Of a stretch of DNA of 45,022 bases, positions 17,596 to 28,106 are shown piece by piece. Both the position numbers and the translations under genes were made by a program. Below the pieces are notes generated by a model that saw only the letters and a list, made by a program, of their open reading frames with translations, was not told the origin of the DNA and made no database searches. Location of the stretch: positions 1-45,022 of the forward strand of contig DASPHS010000039.1 in assembly GCA_035629475.1 (NCBI GenBank), read 5' to 3'. Origin of the DNA: Candidatus Saccharimonadales bacterium. Its GTDB lineage: Bacteria; Patescibacteriota; Saccharimonadia; Saccharimonadales; UBA4665. Each line of letters opens with the position of its first letter. Position 1 is the stretch's first letter.

Positions 17596-17656
17596 TAGTC
17601 TTCGCCAGGTAATGGTTAATTAATGTAAAGTAACTAATTTAAGGAGTTAAAATAAT

Positions 17657-17869
17657 ATGGAATCAATGGCATTTGGTCTTACCTACGCTATCGCTGCCGG
17701 TCTTTGTGGTATCGGTCTTGGCCTTGTTGGTATGGGTGCAATGAACGCAGCCGGCCGCAACCCAGAAGCAATCGGTAACATTCGTACCCTGATGATCCTG
17801 GCTATGGCTTTCGTTGACGCCCTGGCTATCATCGGTTTGGTTGTTGCTCTTATCATTAAGTTCTTGTAA
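17657..17869 (+). CDS. atpE: F0 ATP synthase subunit c
   Basis: 70-aa helical hairpin, loop AGRNPEA, carboxylate Asp in AFVDALAI. Confidence 0.95.
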   Translation: MESMAFGLTYAIAAGLCGIGLGLVGMGAMNAAGRNPEAIGNIRTLMILAMAFVDALAIIGLVVALIIKFL

Positions 17870-17889
17870 TAACAAACGGGTACACCCGC

Positions 17890-18438
17890 ATGCATGATGT
17901 ATTGATATTAGCCAGCACAGCAGCCCACGGCTCCGAAGAGTCGGCCGGGCTGTTCCAGGCGCTTGGCATCGACCTGAAGCTGCTGGTCACACAGGCTATC
18001 GCCTTTTTGATTTTGGTATTCATACTCGGTAAATTTGTTTATCCAGTATTGATTAAGGCTGTCGACAGCCGCCGTGATCAGATTGAAGCTGGCCTGAAAG
18101 AAGCCAAGGAAGCCCAAGAGGCTTTGGAAAAAGCAGAAGCAAAAGTCGCAGACATGCTGGCTGAAGCTCGCAAAGAAGCTGACGGCATCCTTGCTCGCAC
18201 CCACCAGGAAACGAGCGCGATGGTTGCCGAAGCTGAAACCAAAGCCAAGGACCGCGCCGACCAAATTGTTAAAGATGCCCGCGCGCAATTGGACACTGAT
18301 GTGGCCAAGGCCCGTCAGGCATTGAAGCAAGAGACAATCAAGCTGGTCGCACAGGCGACTGAAAAGATTGTTGGCGACAAGCTCGACGCAAGCAAAGACG
18401 CTACGCTCATAACTAAGGCACTGCAGGACAAGGCATAA
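17890..18438 (+). CDS. atpF: F0 ATP synthase subunit b
   Basis: Single N-terminal TM helix followed by a long charged Ala/Lys/Glu-rich helix; operon position. Confidence 0.85.
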   Translation: MHDVLILASTAAHGSEESAGLFQALGIDLKLLVTQAIAFLILVFILGKFVYPVLIKAVDSRRDQIEAGLKEAKEAQEALEKAEAKVADMLAEARKEADGILARTHQETSAMVAEAETKAKDRADQIVKDARAQLDTDVAKARQALKQETIKLVAQATEKIVGDKLDASKDATLITKALQDKA

Positions 18439-18442
18439 TCGT

Positions 18443-18841
18443 ATGAACCATAAGTTTTCCCGACGTATCATTGCCCGGACCGTAGCTGCCAAGCTGTTAA
18501 GTGAGCCGGCACGTCAGGATCACTGGGTCAAAGTGCTGGCGGCCTATTTGGTTGACCAGCACCGCGAACAAGAAGCCGACCTGATTTTGAACGACCTCGC
18601 TCACGAGCTGTTCGTGCAAAACGGACAGTTAGCTGTTAGTGTAACGAGCGCCCGGCCCCTGAGCGAGGCAGTTCGTGCCAGCCTGCAGGCTTTGCTCGCC
18701 GAACAAACGAACGCCAAGACAGTCGAACTGAGCGAAACAATTGACCCCACCCTACTTGGTGGCTTGATTGCTCAAACCCCTGATGCTGTCATGGACGTAA
18801 GCGTACGCAGCCAACTAAACCAATTAGCTTCTCTTAAGTAG
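18443..18841 (+). CDS. atpH: F1 ATP synthase subunit delta (short, 132 aa)
   Basis: Position between atpF and atpA; C-terminal IDPTLLGGLI...D.S....L pattern of OSCP/delta. Confidence 0.7.
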   Translation: MNHKFSRRIIARTVAAKLLSEPARQDHWVKVLAAYLVDQHREQEADLILNDLAHELFVQNGQLAVSVTSARPLSEAVRASLQALLAEQTNAKTVELSETIDPTLLGGLIAQTPDAVMDVSVRSQLNQLASLK

Positions 18842-18871
18842 ATAGCTAGCCAAGGAGAATAAAAGAATAAG

Positions 18872-20416
18872 ATGAGTGATCTACAAGTACAAGAACTCTC
18901 GAGCGAGCTTCGTGAAGCGATTCAGTCACTTCGTGAAAACCGTGGCCTAGAGGAAGCCGGTATTGTCACCCGTGTTGGTGATGGTGTGGCCTTTGTCTAT
19001 GGCTTGCGCAGCGCTGGCTACAACGAGGTAATCGAAATTGAAACCCGTGACGGTGGCCGCGTAACCGCCTTCGTGCTGAACCTGCTCGAAGACGAAATCG
19101 GTGCCGTTATTCTGGGTGATGATGCCCAGGTTATGGCCGGCGCCAAAGTAACGCTGACCGGTAAGGTGCTTGATGTACCTGTCGGTCCTGAAATGGTTGG
19201 CCGTGTGGTCGACCCACTGGGCCGCCCACTGGACGGTAAGGGTCCTATCAAGGCCAAGCAGCGCAACCCAATCGAGCGCGTTGCCCCTGGTGTTATGACC
19301 CGTAAGTCAGTGCATGAACCTCTCATGACCGGCCTTATGGCTATCGACACCCTGGTGCCAATTGGTCGTGGTCAGCGTGAACTTATCATCGGTGACCGCC
19401 AGACCGGTAAGACTGCAATCGCTGTCGACACCATGATTAACCAGGCTAAGCAGAAGACCGGCGTTATCAACATTTATGTTGCTGTTGGTCAAAAATCATC
19501 CAAGGTTGCTGCCCTCATCGAGCGCTTGAAGCGTGAAGGCGTAATGGACCAGACCATCATCGTGGCTACCAGTCCCGCCGATCCAGCTCCCCTGCTGTAC
19601 TTGGCTCCATACGCTGGTGCCGCCATGGGTGAGTACTTCCGCGACAACGCACAGCACGCGCTGATTGTCTTTGACGACTTGTCTAAGCACGCTGTTGCCT
19701 ACCGCCAGATGTCCCTGTTGCTCCGTCGCCCACCGGGCCGTGAAGCCTATCCAGGTGACGTCTTCTACTTGCACTCCCGCTTGCTGGAACGTGCTGCTAA
19801 GTTGAACGACGAGCTTGGTGCTGGTTCTTTGACGGCATTGCCTATCATTGAAACCCAGGCCGGTGACATCTCAGCCTACATTCCAACGAACGTTATTTCT
19901 ATTACCGATGGTCAGATCTTCCTTGACACGAACCTGTTCTACCAGGGTATTCGCCCTGCTATCCAGGTTGGTCTATCGGTCTCCCGTGTGGGTGGTGCCG
20001 CACAGACGAAGGCCGTGAAGGCTGTGTCTGGTGGTCTGAAACTGTCCCTCGCCCAGTTCCGTGAACTTGCATCATTTGCCCAGTTCAGTAGCGACCTCGA
20101 TGAGGACACTAAGCAGCAGATCGAACGCGGTCAACGCCTGACAGAACTGCTCAAGCAGAAGCAATACAGCCCGCTAAGCATCGCTGAGCAGGTTGTGAGC
20201 CTGATGGCTGCCACCAAGGGCGCATTTGACGTCGTACCTACCGAGAAGATCAAGGATGCCCAGGCTGAGTTGATCGCGGCCGTCGAAGCTGACCACAAAG
20301 ATATTGTTAAGAGCCTCAACAAGGGCGAAAAGCCAACTGAAGAAACTGAAAAGGCTGTACTGGATGTCGCGAAGAAAGTTGCTAAATCCTACGCAGTAGC
20401 CAAGAAGGAAAAATAA
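18872..20416 (+). CDS. atpA: F1 ATP synthase subunit alpha
   Basis: Walker [36 protein letters not shown]. Confidence 0.98.
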   Translation: MSDLQVQELSSELREAIQSLRENRGLEEAGIVTRVGDGVAFVYGLRSAGYNEVIEIETRDGGRVTAFVLNLLEDEIGAVILGDDAQVMAGAKVTLTGKVLDVPVGPEMVGRVVDPLGRPLDGKGPIKAKQRNPIERVAPGVMTRKSVHEPLMTGLMAIDTLVPIGRGQRELIIGDRQTGKTAIAVDTMINQAKQKTGVINIYVAVGQKSSKVAALIERLKREGVMDQTIIVATSPADPAPLLYLAPYAGAAMGEYFRDNAQHALIVFDDLSKHAVAYRQMSLLLRRPPGREAYPGDVFYLHSRLLERAAKLNDELGAGSLTALPIIETQAGDISAYIPTNVISITDGQIFLDTNLFYQGIRPAIQVGLSVSRVGGAAQTKAVKAVSGGLKLSLAQFRELASFAQFSSDLDEDTKQQIERGQRLTELLKQKQYSPLSIAEQVVSLMAATKGAFDVVPTEKIKDAQAELIAAVEADHKDIVKSLNKGEKPTEETEKAVLDVAKKVAKSYAVAKKEK

Positions 20417-20419
20417 CCT

Positions 20420-21294
20420 ATGGCTTCCCGTCAACAAATTAAACGGCGTATCGCTTCGGTCAAGAACACCAAGCAGATTACCAAGGCAATGCAGCTGGTC
20501 TCGGCCAGCAAGCTGCGCCGCGCCCAAGACGCCGCGGTTGGTCCCCGGGCATATGCTGAAATGGCCCGTGCTATTTTGGCTAAGCTCAAGCCACTGGCCC
20601 GTGAGGATGGACAGTTCCAGCTGTTTACGCCTCGCCCCGTCAAGGCCCGTCTGCTGATCCTGGTTGCCAGTGATCGCGGCCTGGCTGGTGCGTACAACGC
20701 TAACATCGTCCGCACGCTGGTCCGAGAAGCGCAAGCTGACCGTGAAGCTGGCGTGCAAACGTCAGTTATCGCCATTGGCCGCCAGGTAGCCAACGCCATC
20801 GGCCGCATCAGCGACCTCGATGTGCGTGGTGTCTACACTGACCTGCCTGACAAGCCCGACGCCGATGCCCTGCGCCCTGTCCTGACGACAGCCGTAGGCG
20901 CGTTCGCCGACGGCGAGATTGACGCCGTGGACATGATCTATACCAAATTCATCTCTACCGTTAACCAGCAAGTCCAGGTGCGTCGTATCCTGCCCGCTGG
21001 CTTTGACCAAGAGGAGGGCGATACTGCCGCCGAAATGACTGGCGTAACCGTTGAACCATCCCCCGAAGTACTGTTGCGCTCTGTCGCTATGCGATTGCTT
21101 GATGCACAGATTTACCAAGCAATTTTGGAAGCATTTGCCAGTGAGCACTCCATGCGTATGTTAGCCATGAAGACCGCAACCGACAACGCGACTGAACTTG
21201 CCGAAGACCTTACCCTGGCCTACAACAACGCCCGCCAGGCTGCTATTACCCAAGAGCTCGCTGAGATCTCTGGTGGTGCGGAGGCGATGAAATA

Positions 21295-21295
<1 letters not shown>
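20420..21295 (+). CDS. atpG: F1 ATP synthase subunit gamma
   Basis: IKRRIASVKNTKQITKAMQLVSASKLRRAQ and C-terminal ARQAAITQELAEI. Confidence 0.95.
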
Positions 21296-22901
<1,606 letters not shown>

Positions 22902-22918
22902 TAGCTGGAGATACAATC

Positions 22919-23341
22919 ATGAAATTTGAATTAGTATCGCTCGATGGTGTGAAGTTCAGCGAAGACGCCTACTCGGTTGTCTTACCAACTGCCGCCGGTC
23001 AGATTACGGTCATGCCTGGCCACGAAGCACTGCTGAGTGTTGTCGTGCCCGGCGTGATCACCATCCGCCGCAGCAAGGGTGACACCGAAGCACGGCTTGA
23101 ACACTTTGCCACCTTTGGTGGCGTGCTCGAAGTCGGCGATGACTACGCCCGGGTACTTGTTGACGAAGCCACACATGGTGATGACGTCAATGAGGCCGAG
23201 GCTGAAAAAGCCCATCAGGCCGCGCTCGAAGTCCGCAAAAACGCCAAAGATCAGGTTGAGCTGGAAAAAGCCCAAGCAATGGTTGACCGTCAGGCAGTCC
23301 GCCTGGCTGTGGCACAAGTCCGCCGCCGCAACCGTCACTAG
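22919..23341 (+). CDS. atpC: F1 ATP synthase subunit epsilon
   Basis: N-terminal beta-sandwich pattern (LVSLDG...MPGHEALLS) and a C-terminal helical hairpin; last gene of the operon. Confidence 0.9.
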   Translation: MKFELVSLDGVKFSEDAYSVVLPTAAGQITVMPGHEALLSVVVPGVITIRRSKGDTEARLEHFATFGGVLEVGDDYARVLVDEATHGDDVNEAEAEKAHQAALEVRKNAKDQVELEKAQAMVDRQAVRLAVAQVRRRNRH

Positions 23342-23355
23342 GAACGGTGCGCAAT

Positions 23356-23390
23356 AAAAAACACCCTCACTTGAGAGGGTGTTTTTTATT
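23356..23390. terminator. bidirectional intrinsic terminator
   Basis: AAAAA ACACCCTC acttga GAGGGTGT TTTTT between atpC (+) and the convergent 307-aa gene (-). Confidence 0.8.
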
Positions 23391-23403
23391 GGAGGTATTT
23401 CCG

Positions 23404-24327
23404 TTAGGCGTGCTGGACACGCTGCAGGTACTGAACGCCAAGCGGCATATTTGGCTCCGCCAGGGGCAAGTTCAGGATGGTCTTGGCGGTAAACACAGCC
23501 ACTGCATCGCGCATGGACTGGTACTCTGCGGCGCTGCGGCCCATGAAAGTGCCCATAGCGTCGTGTACGCGCTCCAGGTGTCCCATGCTGACGTGGTAGG
23601 CCTTGCCGCCGAGCTGCCATGATGCCATAGCATCAAAAGTGTGCCGGGGGTCGTCATTGATGGCGACGATACCAGCTTCGTGCTTGAGGTCGCCGATAGG
23701 TACGCGTGGAATCCCGCCCTTGATAGGCACCAGGAGCCCTCGCTCATTGCGCTCCCAGGCATTACCTTCGGGTGGGGTCATGGTCGGCTGGGAGACCCCA
23801 GCGTCACGTACGTGTTTAATTGCCATATAAGCCAGGCTGTCTGACACTTGGTCGAAACGGTCTTCGCTCATATCACTGAACTCAGCAACGTGTGCCAGAG
23901 CAGCTTTGCGCTGTCGGGCAGCGCTACGCTCTTCTTCAGGGGTCATGCCCGGTAGCTCGACGCCGGTGAGGGCGATGGCCTTCATGCCTAAGGCTGCGGC
24001 ACAGCTTTCGTGGTTCAGGCCAAGGATTCCTCTCGTCTCTAGGGCAATTTCGGTAATAACCGCCAACTGGTCAACGGCGCGGGCTATGCCGCCACTCGCG
24101 GCATCGAAGCCGCCGTTTTTCATGTTCATGCCGGCGCCATAGGCGAGCGCCAGGCCATATTGGCCGCCAAAGAATTGCACGCCACCGTGTGGCCAGCGGT
24201 CGTCTCCACAGCCAGCCGGCATCAAGATGCCATCTTTACGCAACGCATCGAAGTCGGCTTCGGTCCACATAGGACCTGCTTCAGGTAATTTATAGGGTAA
24301 CGGGGCGCGTTCCATCACATCGCTCAT
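23404..24327 (-). CDS. hypothetical protein A (307 aa), CxDxR...HxxC motif, paralogue of 26163-27116
   Basis: AAGGA 7 nt upstream of the ATG. AGCGDDRWP (C40, D42, R44) and NHESCAAALG (H106, C109). No TM segment. Confidence 0.65.
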   Translation of the reverse strand: MSDVMERAPLPYKLPEAGPMWTEADFDALRKDGILMPAGCGDDRWPHGGVQFFGGQYGLALAYGAGMNMKNGGFDAASGGIARAVDQLAVITEIALETRGILGLNHESCAAALGMKAIALTGVELPGMTPEEERSAARQRKAALAHVAEFSDMSEDRFDQVSDSLAYMAIKHVRDAGVSQPTMTPPEGNAWERNERGLLVPIKGGIPRVPIGDLKHEAGIVAINDDPRHTFDAMASWQLGGKAYHVSMGHLERVHDAMGTFMGRSAAEYQSMRDAVAVFTAKTILNLPLAEPNMPLGVQYLQRVQHA

Positions 24328-24398
24328 AAGTACATCCTTTGGCGTTATGGTTTATATTTGTGTCGTACAAAAAGTATAGTATAGCACCGGCATATACA

Positions 24399-24427
24399 TT
24401 GAAAAATAGCATTTATCATTGTAATAT
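24399..24427 (+). promoter_or_regulatory. sigma70-like promoter for the 399-aa gene
   Basis: TTGAAA (24399-24404), 17 nt, TAATAT (24422-24427) in the AT-rich divergent intergenic region. Confidence 0.45.
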
Positions 24428-24449
24428 ATACAAATTCTATGAGGATGTT

Positions 24450-25649
24450 ATGAGTAGCCCGGAAGAAACGGTGAACCGCTTCCCTTTGCCCCTAGGTTTG
24501 GTCGAGGCACATTTAGGTGCGTTTACAGGGTTTAATGATGCGCAGCTGGACATGATAGCTCGCTCGAACGAGCCCGAAGAGCGAATAAACGATGCTTCGC
24601 CCCTGGGCCATTTGTGGGATTTCAAGGAAGACACCATGTTCTCCCACCTGACCCGGTTTACTAATGACCGTCTGTCCTACCAGCAAGTACTGCCACCGAT
24701 GCGCGCCTATCGGGCTGCTGTCTGTCTGGGGGACATCCTGATGCGTGCCCGCGAAGACCAACTAGTGGACCAGGGCTATGCAGTCGACCCGGTCCGGCTC
24801 GACCCCTTGCGACATTACCTGCTGCTGCCCGAAGGCGAGCGTGGTGACGAGGCTGGGCGGTTCCGGGGTGAGCGCTTCCTCGAAGACCTGACAAGACAAT
24901 ATGGTGCTACTGCGGTACGACACGGCTATTTTGAGCAGGACGCAGCTGTTGAAGCTTTGGCTGCGCTGCGCGATGGGTGGCAGCAGTCCGAAATGCAGTA
25001 CCTCTTTCCGACTGCCGAAGACCCGGCAAACTTTTTTGGTGAACTGTGCCGGGGTATGTTCCAATTGCTACGTCTGTACAAAATTGGCGAAGCTGAGGCT
25101 ACAGTGGCGCCATGGACGGACAGCAGTTTTGATGCTGCAAGACACTTTATAACTGGCGACAGAGAGACCGTGCCTGATATTGACTACTTTCGGAAATTCC
25201 GGCGTCTGAGTACCGATACCCAGTTGGCCTATGCAAATGGTACCCATGGTGAGGCCTGTGGCTATGGGGCACTGCCCGCTGGCGCAGCGGCTGTGGCGAT
25301 CCGAAGCTACCTGATCGGTATGGTTCCGGCGGCACCGGGACGATTAATGGAAGTTGGGTTTAAGCGGAGCGTACGGACATTCGAGCTAGGACCTGATGAT
25401 GCGCTCGTGGTCAGTGACGCTGCTGATGTATCAGAACTTGTGCGCTACCCTTTTGTAAGCCCTGCGACCGACCCCGAGGGGCTTGAGCCAACGATACAGG
25501 CACTGTGCCGGGATGGTCGCACGATCCCTCTGTACTCACCTATGAGCCCGCCACACGACTCGTTCTATGCCGCTATCGATGAGGCGCATACTGGTACGTC
25601 GCCGTTGTATGAACTCGGTGTCGAGAAAGTAAAAGGCGGGTCGACATGA
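24450..25649 (+). CDS. hypothetical protein (399 aa)
   Basis: Start moved to ATG 24450 (GAGGA 4 nt upstream; MSSPEETV). Long uninterrupted frame; no motif recognised; no TM segment. Confidence 0.65.
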   Translation: MSSPEETVNRFPLPLGLVEAHLGAFTGFNDAQLDMIARSNEPEERINDASPLGHLWDFKEDTMFSHLTRFTNDRLSYQQVLPPMRAYRAAVCLGDILMRAREDQLVDQGYAVDPVRLDPLRHYLLLPEGERGDEAGRFRGERFLEDLTRQYGATAVRHGYFEQDAAVEALAALRDGWQQSEMQYLFPTAEDPANFFGELCRGMFQLLRLYKIGEAEATVAPWTDSSFDAARHFITGDRETVPDIDYFRKFRRLSTDTQLAYANGTHGEACGYGALPAGAAAVAIRSYLIGMVPAAPGRLMEVGFKRSVRTFELGPDDALVVSDAADVSELVRYPFVSPATDPEGLEPTIQALCRDGRTIPLYSPMSPPHDSFYAAIDEAHTGTSPLYELGVEKVKGGST

Positions 25650-25675
25650 GTGAACTTAGGCGTTTGCGGATGTGC

Positions 25676-25975
25676 CTACTCCACCGAACGGGACGCGGAT
25701 TCGGTAGACAGTACCTGCCCGTAGGTGGCAGTCAGCTGCTCGATATCCTTAAAATGGCCGAGTGTCATGAGGCCAGCAACTAACCCGTCAAAAGCGGCGG
25801 CCCGCTGCAACGGGTCCGGAAACTTGGATTGCAGGAATGGCCGCATGGCCATAGCTATGCCGTGAAACTCACGATTCACCTGTATCCAGCCCTGGTTTTT
25901 TAAGTCAGAAGATGAGAGGCTTTTGAGCCAAACCCTTACTGCCTCGGTTGCTGGGTCGGGTAGCTGCTGGCTCAT
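25676..25975 (-). CDS. hypothetical small protein (99 aa)
   Basis: AAGGAGGTGATT precedes ATG 25975 (MSQQLPD); predicted helical; no motif recognised. Confidence 0.6.
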   Translation of the reverse strand: MSQQLPDPATEAVRVWLKSLSSSDLKNQGWIQVNREFHGIAMAMRPFLQSKFPDPLQRAAAFDGLVAGLMTLGHFKDIEQLTATYGQVLSTESASRSVE

Positions 25976-26070
25976 AATCACCTCCTTGTTGTACTTTTAC
26001 TGTAGCAATAAAGCCTGAGCAATAGCTGTGTTATTCGTCACGCCCTCATGTACGCTCTATTGCCGTTTCC

Positions 26071-26100
26071 TTGCGTATATTTTATAAGCAGGCGTATAAT
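26071..26100 (+). promoter_or_regulatory. sigma70-like promoter for protein B
   Basis: TTGCGT (26071-26076), 18 nt, TATAAT (26095-26100). Confidence 0.4.
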
Positions 26101-26162
26101 CAACGCTGATACACAGTCCCCCGGGACGTATAAGTACTAACCAGTAAACAGAGCTATTTTAT

Positions 26163-27116
26163 ATGCAAACTACTATGGGCCAGATTGACACTGCTTCCGT
26201 ACAGGAAGTACAAATCGGTGACTTTATTGTTACCCGCATCGCTGACGACTTGAGCTGGGGCGTGGGCAGTATTCAACCCCAGGATGGTCTGAATAATGAC
26301 GCCGACCAGCAGCGCCTTATTGAAACGGTGATTGCCAGTCTCAGCCGGGTCAATGCAGCCGAACTTGCCTACTCTTCCTGCACTGATGGCCGCTTGCCCA
26401 TCAAGCTACTCGACGGCGAAGCTGTGCCCGTGCGTGAACAAATTGTCGGCACCGATACCATGCTCTTCTTCCATATGGCTGAAGCACTTGGATCCCGCTT
26501 TTACAAGGACCCGAACGAACCGCTTGCTGAACGTATTCAGGAAGTCATTGCCTTTATGCGCGATAGCGGCCTGGTTCCTTGCACGCACGTTGCCTGTGGG
26601 GCGGCCGCCGGGTACGTGCCTATCAACGAAAACTTGGTGCGCTTTACTGCTGAGCCCAAGTTTGCAGCCCGCCAGCAAGCGCTCCTGCCTGAGGGTGTGT
26701 ATGACGAATCGCTCCGCGCCACTATTACCAAGGGCTACCAGGATCGCCTGGAGCGCGGTGCATACGCTGACTGGAGCGACGCTTTGCTTATGGAAGCAGT
26801 CAAGACCGCCAGCGGCGACCATGCTATTGCTGAGCTGAACGACGACCAGCGTGGCGTGCATGGCCACGTAGAAGAACAGATTGTGCGCATTCAGGTTGAT
26901 GGCCTGGCTATCAATGAGACGCAAGTGTGTGCTCGCACGAGCGGTCGTGAAGTATTTGGCGTCAACGATTTGCGCTTGCAGCGCCATGCCCAGCTGATCG
27001 GCCGTGGCCAGGAAGAAGATTACAAGATAGCACTTATGGCGGCCGAGGACTTTACCGATGGCGGCCATGGCACACTTGCCAAAGACCTCCCCACCTACAT
27101 TGTTCGTGCTATCTAG
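26163..27116 (+). CDS. hypothetical protein B (317 aa), CxDxR...HxxCG motif, paralogue of 23404-24327
   Basis: SSCTDGRLP (C73, D75, R77) and THVACGAAAG (H142, C145). Further blocks shared with protein A at matching spacing. The antisense 239-aa ORF is judged spurious. Confidence 0.65.
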   Translation: MQTTMGQIDTASVQEVQIGDFIVTRIADDLSWGVGSIQPQDGLNNDADQQRLIETVIASLSRVNAAELAYSSCTDGRLPIKLLDGEAVPVREQIVGTDTMLFFHMAEALGSRFYKDPNEPLAERIQEVIAFMRDSGLVPCTHVACGAAAGYVPINENLVRFTAEPKFAARQQALLPEGVYDESLRATITKGYQDRLERGAYADWSDALLMEAVKTASGDHAIAELNDDQRGVHGHVEEQIVRIQVDGLAINETQVCARTSGREVFGVNDLRLQRHAQLIGRGQEEDYKIALMAAEDFTDGGHGTLAKDLPTYIVRAI

Positions 27117-27144
27117 ACGCCACACCGTGGCACATCTCGGGCGG

Positions 27145-27202
27145 ATCAGATGCGCTCCGCATTCACCGTACTCAAGTACGGCTCACTTGCGGTACTCCTG
27201 TC
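27145..27202. repeat. copy 1 of the conserved roughly 58-nt hairpin element
   Basis: atCAGATGCGCTCCGCAttcaCCGTACtcaaGTACGGctcactTGCGGTACTCCTGtc; nested stems CCGCA/TGCGG and CCGTAC/GTACGG. Confidence 0.6.
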
Positions 27203-27264
27203 CCATCCCAAGCTGCACACACGCTGAGCCGTCTTGAGCTCGAAATTATATGTGCGTCTTCGTC

Positions 27265-27285
27265 ATTCCTGATGCGTTCAGGAAT
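27265..27285 (+). other. 8-bp perfect hairpin without a U tract
   Basis: ATTCCTGA tgcgt TCAGGAAT in the long intergenic region before the aquaporin gene. Confidence 0.3.
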
Positions 27286-27387
27286 CTAATCAATTATCGT
27301 GTCCCTTGTGATACATAATCGGCAATTATTTACAAACACCCCTGTTTAGTTTACGCTGAGGGTAAGAACTAATCTTACGGAGGGTAT

Positions 27388-28059
27388 ATGATAACAAGAC
27401 GTAAAATCGCCATGATTGCGGCGGAGTTTTTGGGTACCGGGTTATTGACCCTGATTATCCTGGCTGTTGGCCGCTCGCAATTGGGCGCACCATACTTTAT
27501 AGGTATCGCTGCGGGCTTGACGCTCGTCATGGCGACACTTGTCCTGGGCCGTGTATCCGGTGCTCACTTGAACCCAGCAATCACCATTGGCCTATGGTCG
27601 GTGCGGCGCATTAAGGCTGTCCCTGCTATCGTGTACATCGCTGCCCAGATCATTGGTGCAGGTGTTGCCTATTTCTTGTACAGCTATCTGGTAGGTCAAA
27701 CATTGGAAAACACGACTGCCGGATTTGAGGGTAAGGTGCTGGTGGCGGAAGCTGTCGGTGCATTTGTCTTCAGCTTGGGCTGGGCGGCCGTTGTCTACCA
27801 GCGCCTCGAAGGCGGCCGTGCCGCTACGGTATTGGGTGTTTCCCTGATGCTTGGCATGCTGGTTGCAAGTGTTGGTATGGGTCTGTACGTCAACCCTGCA
27901 GTTGCGCTGGGCGCTCACTCATGGGTCTGGGGTACCTACGCTCTTGGTCCGGTGCTTGGTGCGATTATCGGGTTCAACCTGTACGGACTGCTGTTTGCTC
28001 CTGAAAAAGAGCTGACTGATGCCGCAGAGGCAAGTGCCCGCCGCAAGACAATAAAGTAG
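27388..28059 (+). CDS. MIP-family channel (aquaporin/glycerol facilitator-like)
   Basis: Two NPA boxes (HLNPAITIG, YVNPAVALG), six hydrophobic segments, GGAGGG upstream of the ATG. Confidence 0.9.
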   Translation: MITRRKIAMIAAEFLGTGLLTLIILAVGRSQLGAPYFIGIAAGLTLVMATLVLGRVSGAHLNPAITIGLWSVRRIKAVPAIVYIAAQIIGAGVAYFLYSYLVGQTLENTTAGFEGKVLVAEAVGAFVFSLGWAAVVYQRLEGGRAATVLGVSLMLGMLVASVGMGLYVNPAVALGAHSWVWGTYALGPVLGAIIGFNLYGLLFAPEKELTDAAEASARRKTIK

Positions 28060-28074
28060 TCTACGGTTCCATAT

Positions 28075-28106
28075 AAAAAATACCGCTCATCGGGGCGGTA
28101 TTTTTT
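28075..28106. terminator. bidirectional intrinsic terminator
   Basis: AAAAAA TACCGC tcatcggg GCGGTA TTTTTT; the T tract overlaps the stop codon of the convergent helicase gene. Confidence 0.7.

Noticed and set aside
17657-17869. Possible Na+-specific c-subunit
   Set aside because: The carboxylate is Asp in AFVDALAI, without the Gln/Ser-Thr ligand pattern of Na+-binding c-rings. It is most simply a proton-type subunit.
17908-18492. 194-aa ORF antisense to atpF/atpH. Similar long antisense ORFs occur in atpA/atpG (20174-20758), atpC (22982-23620), GH13 (4889-5566), smpB (8769-9305) and the nucleotidyltransferase gene (33577-34278)
   Set aside because: Each overlaps a gene with unambiguous family motifs on the opposite strand. 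They are shadow frames.
26406-27125. 239-aa minus-strand ORF antisense to protein B
   Set aside because: It lies entirely inside the longer plus-strand ORF, has a composition typical of antisense shadows, and has no start context. The plus-strand frame shares motifs with paralogue A.
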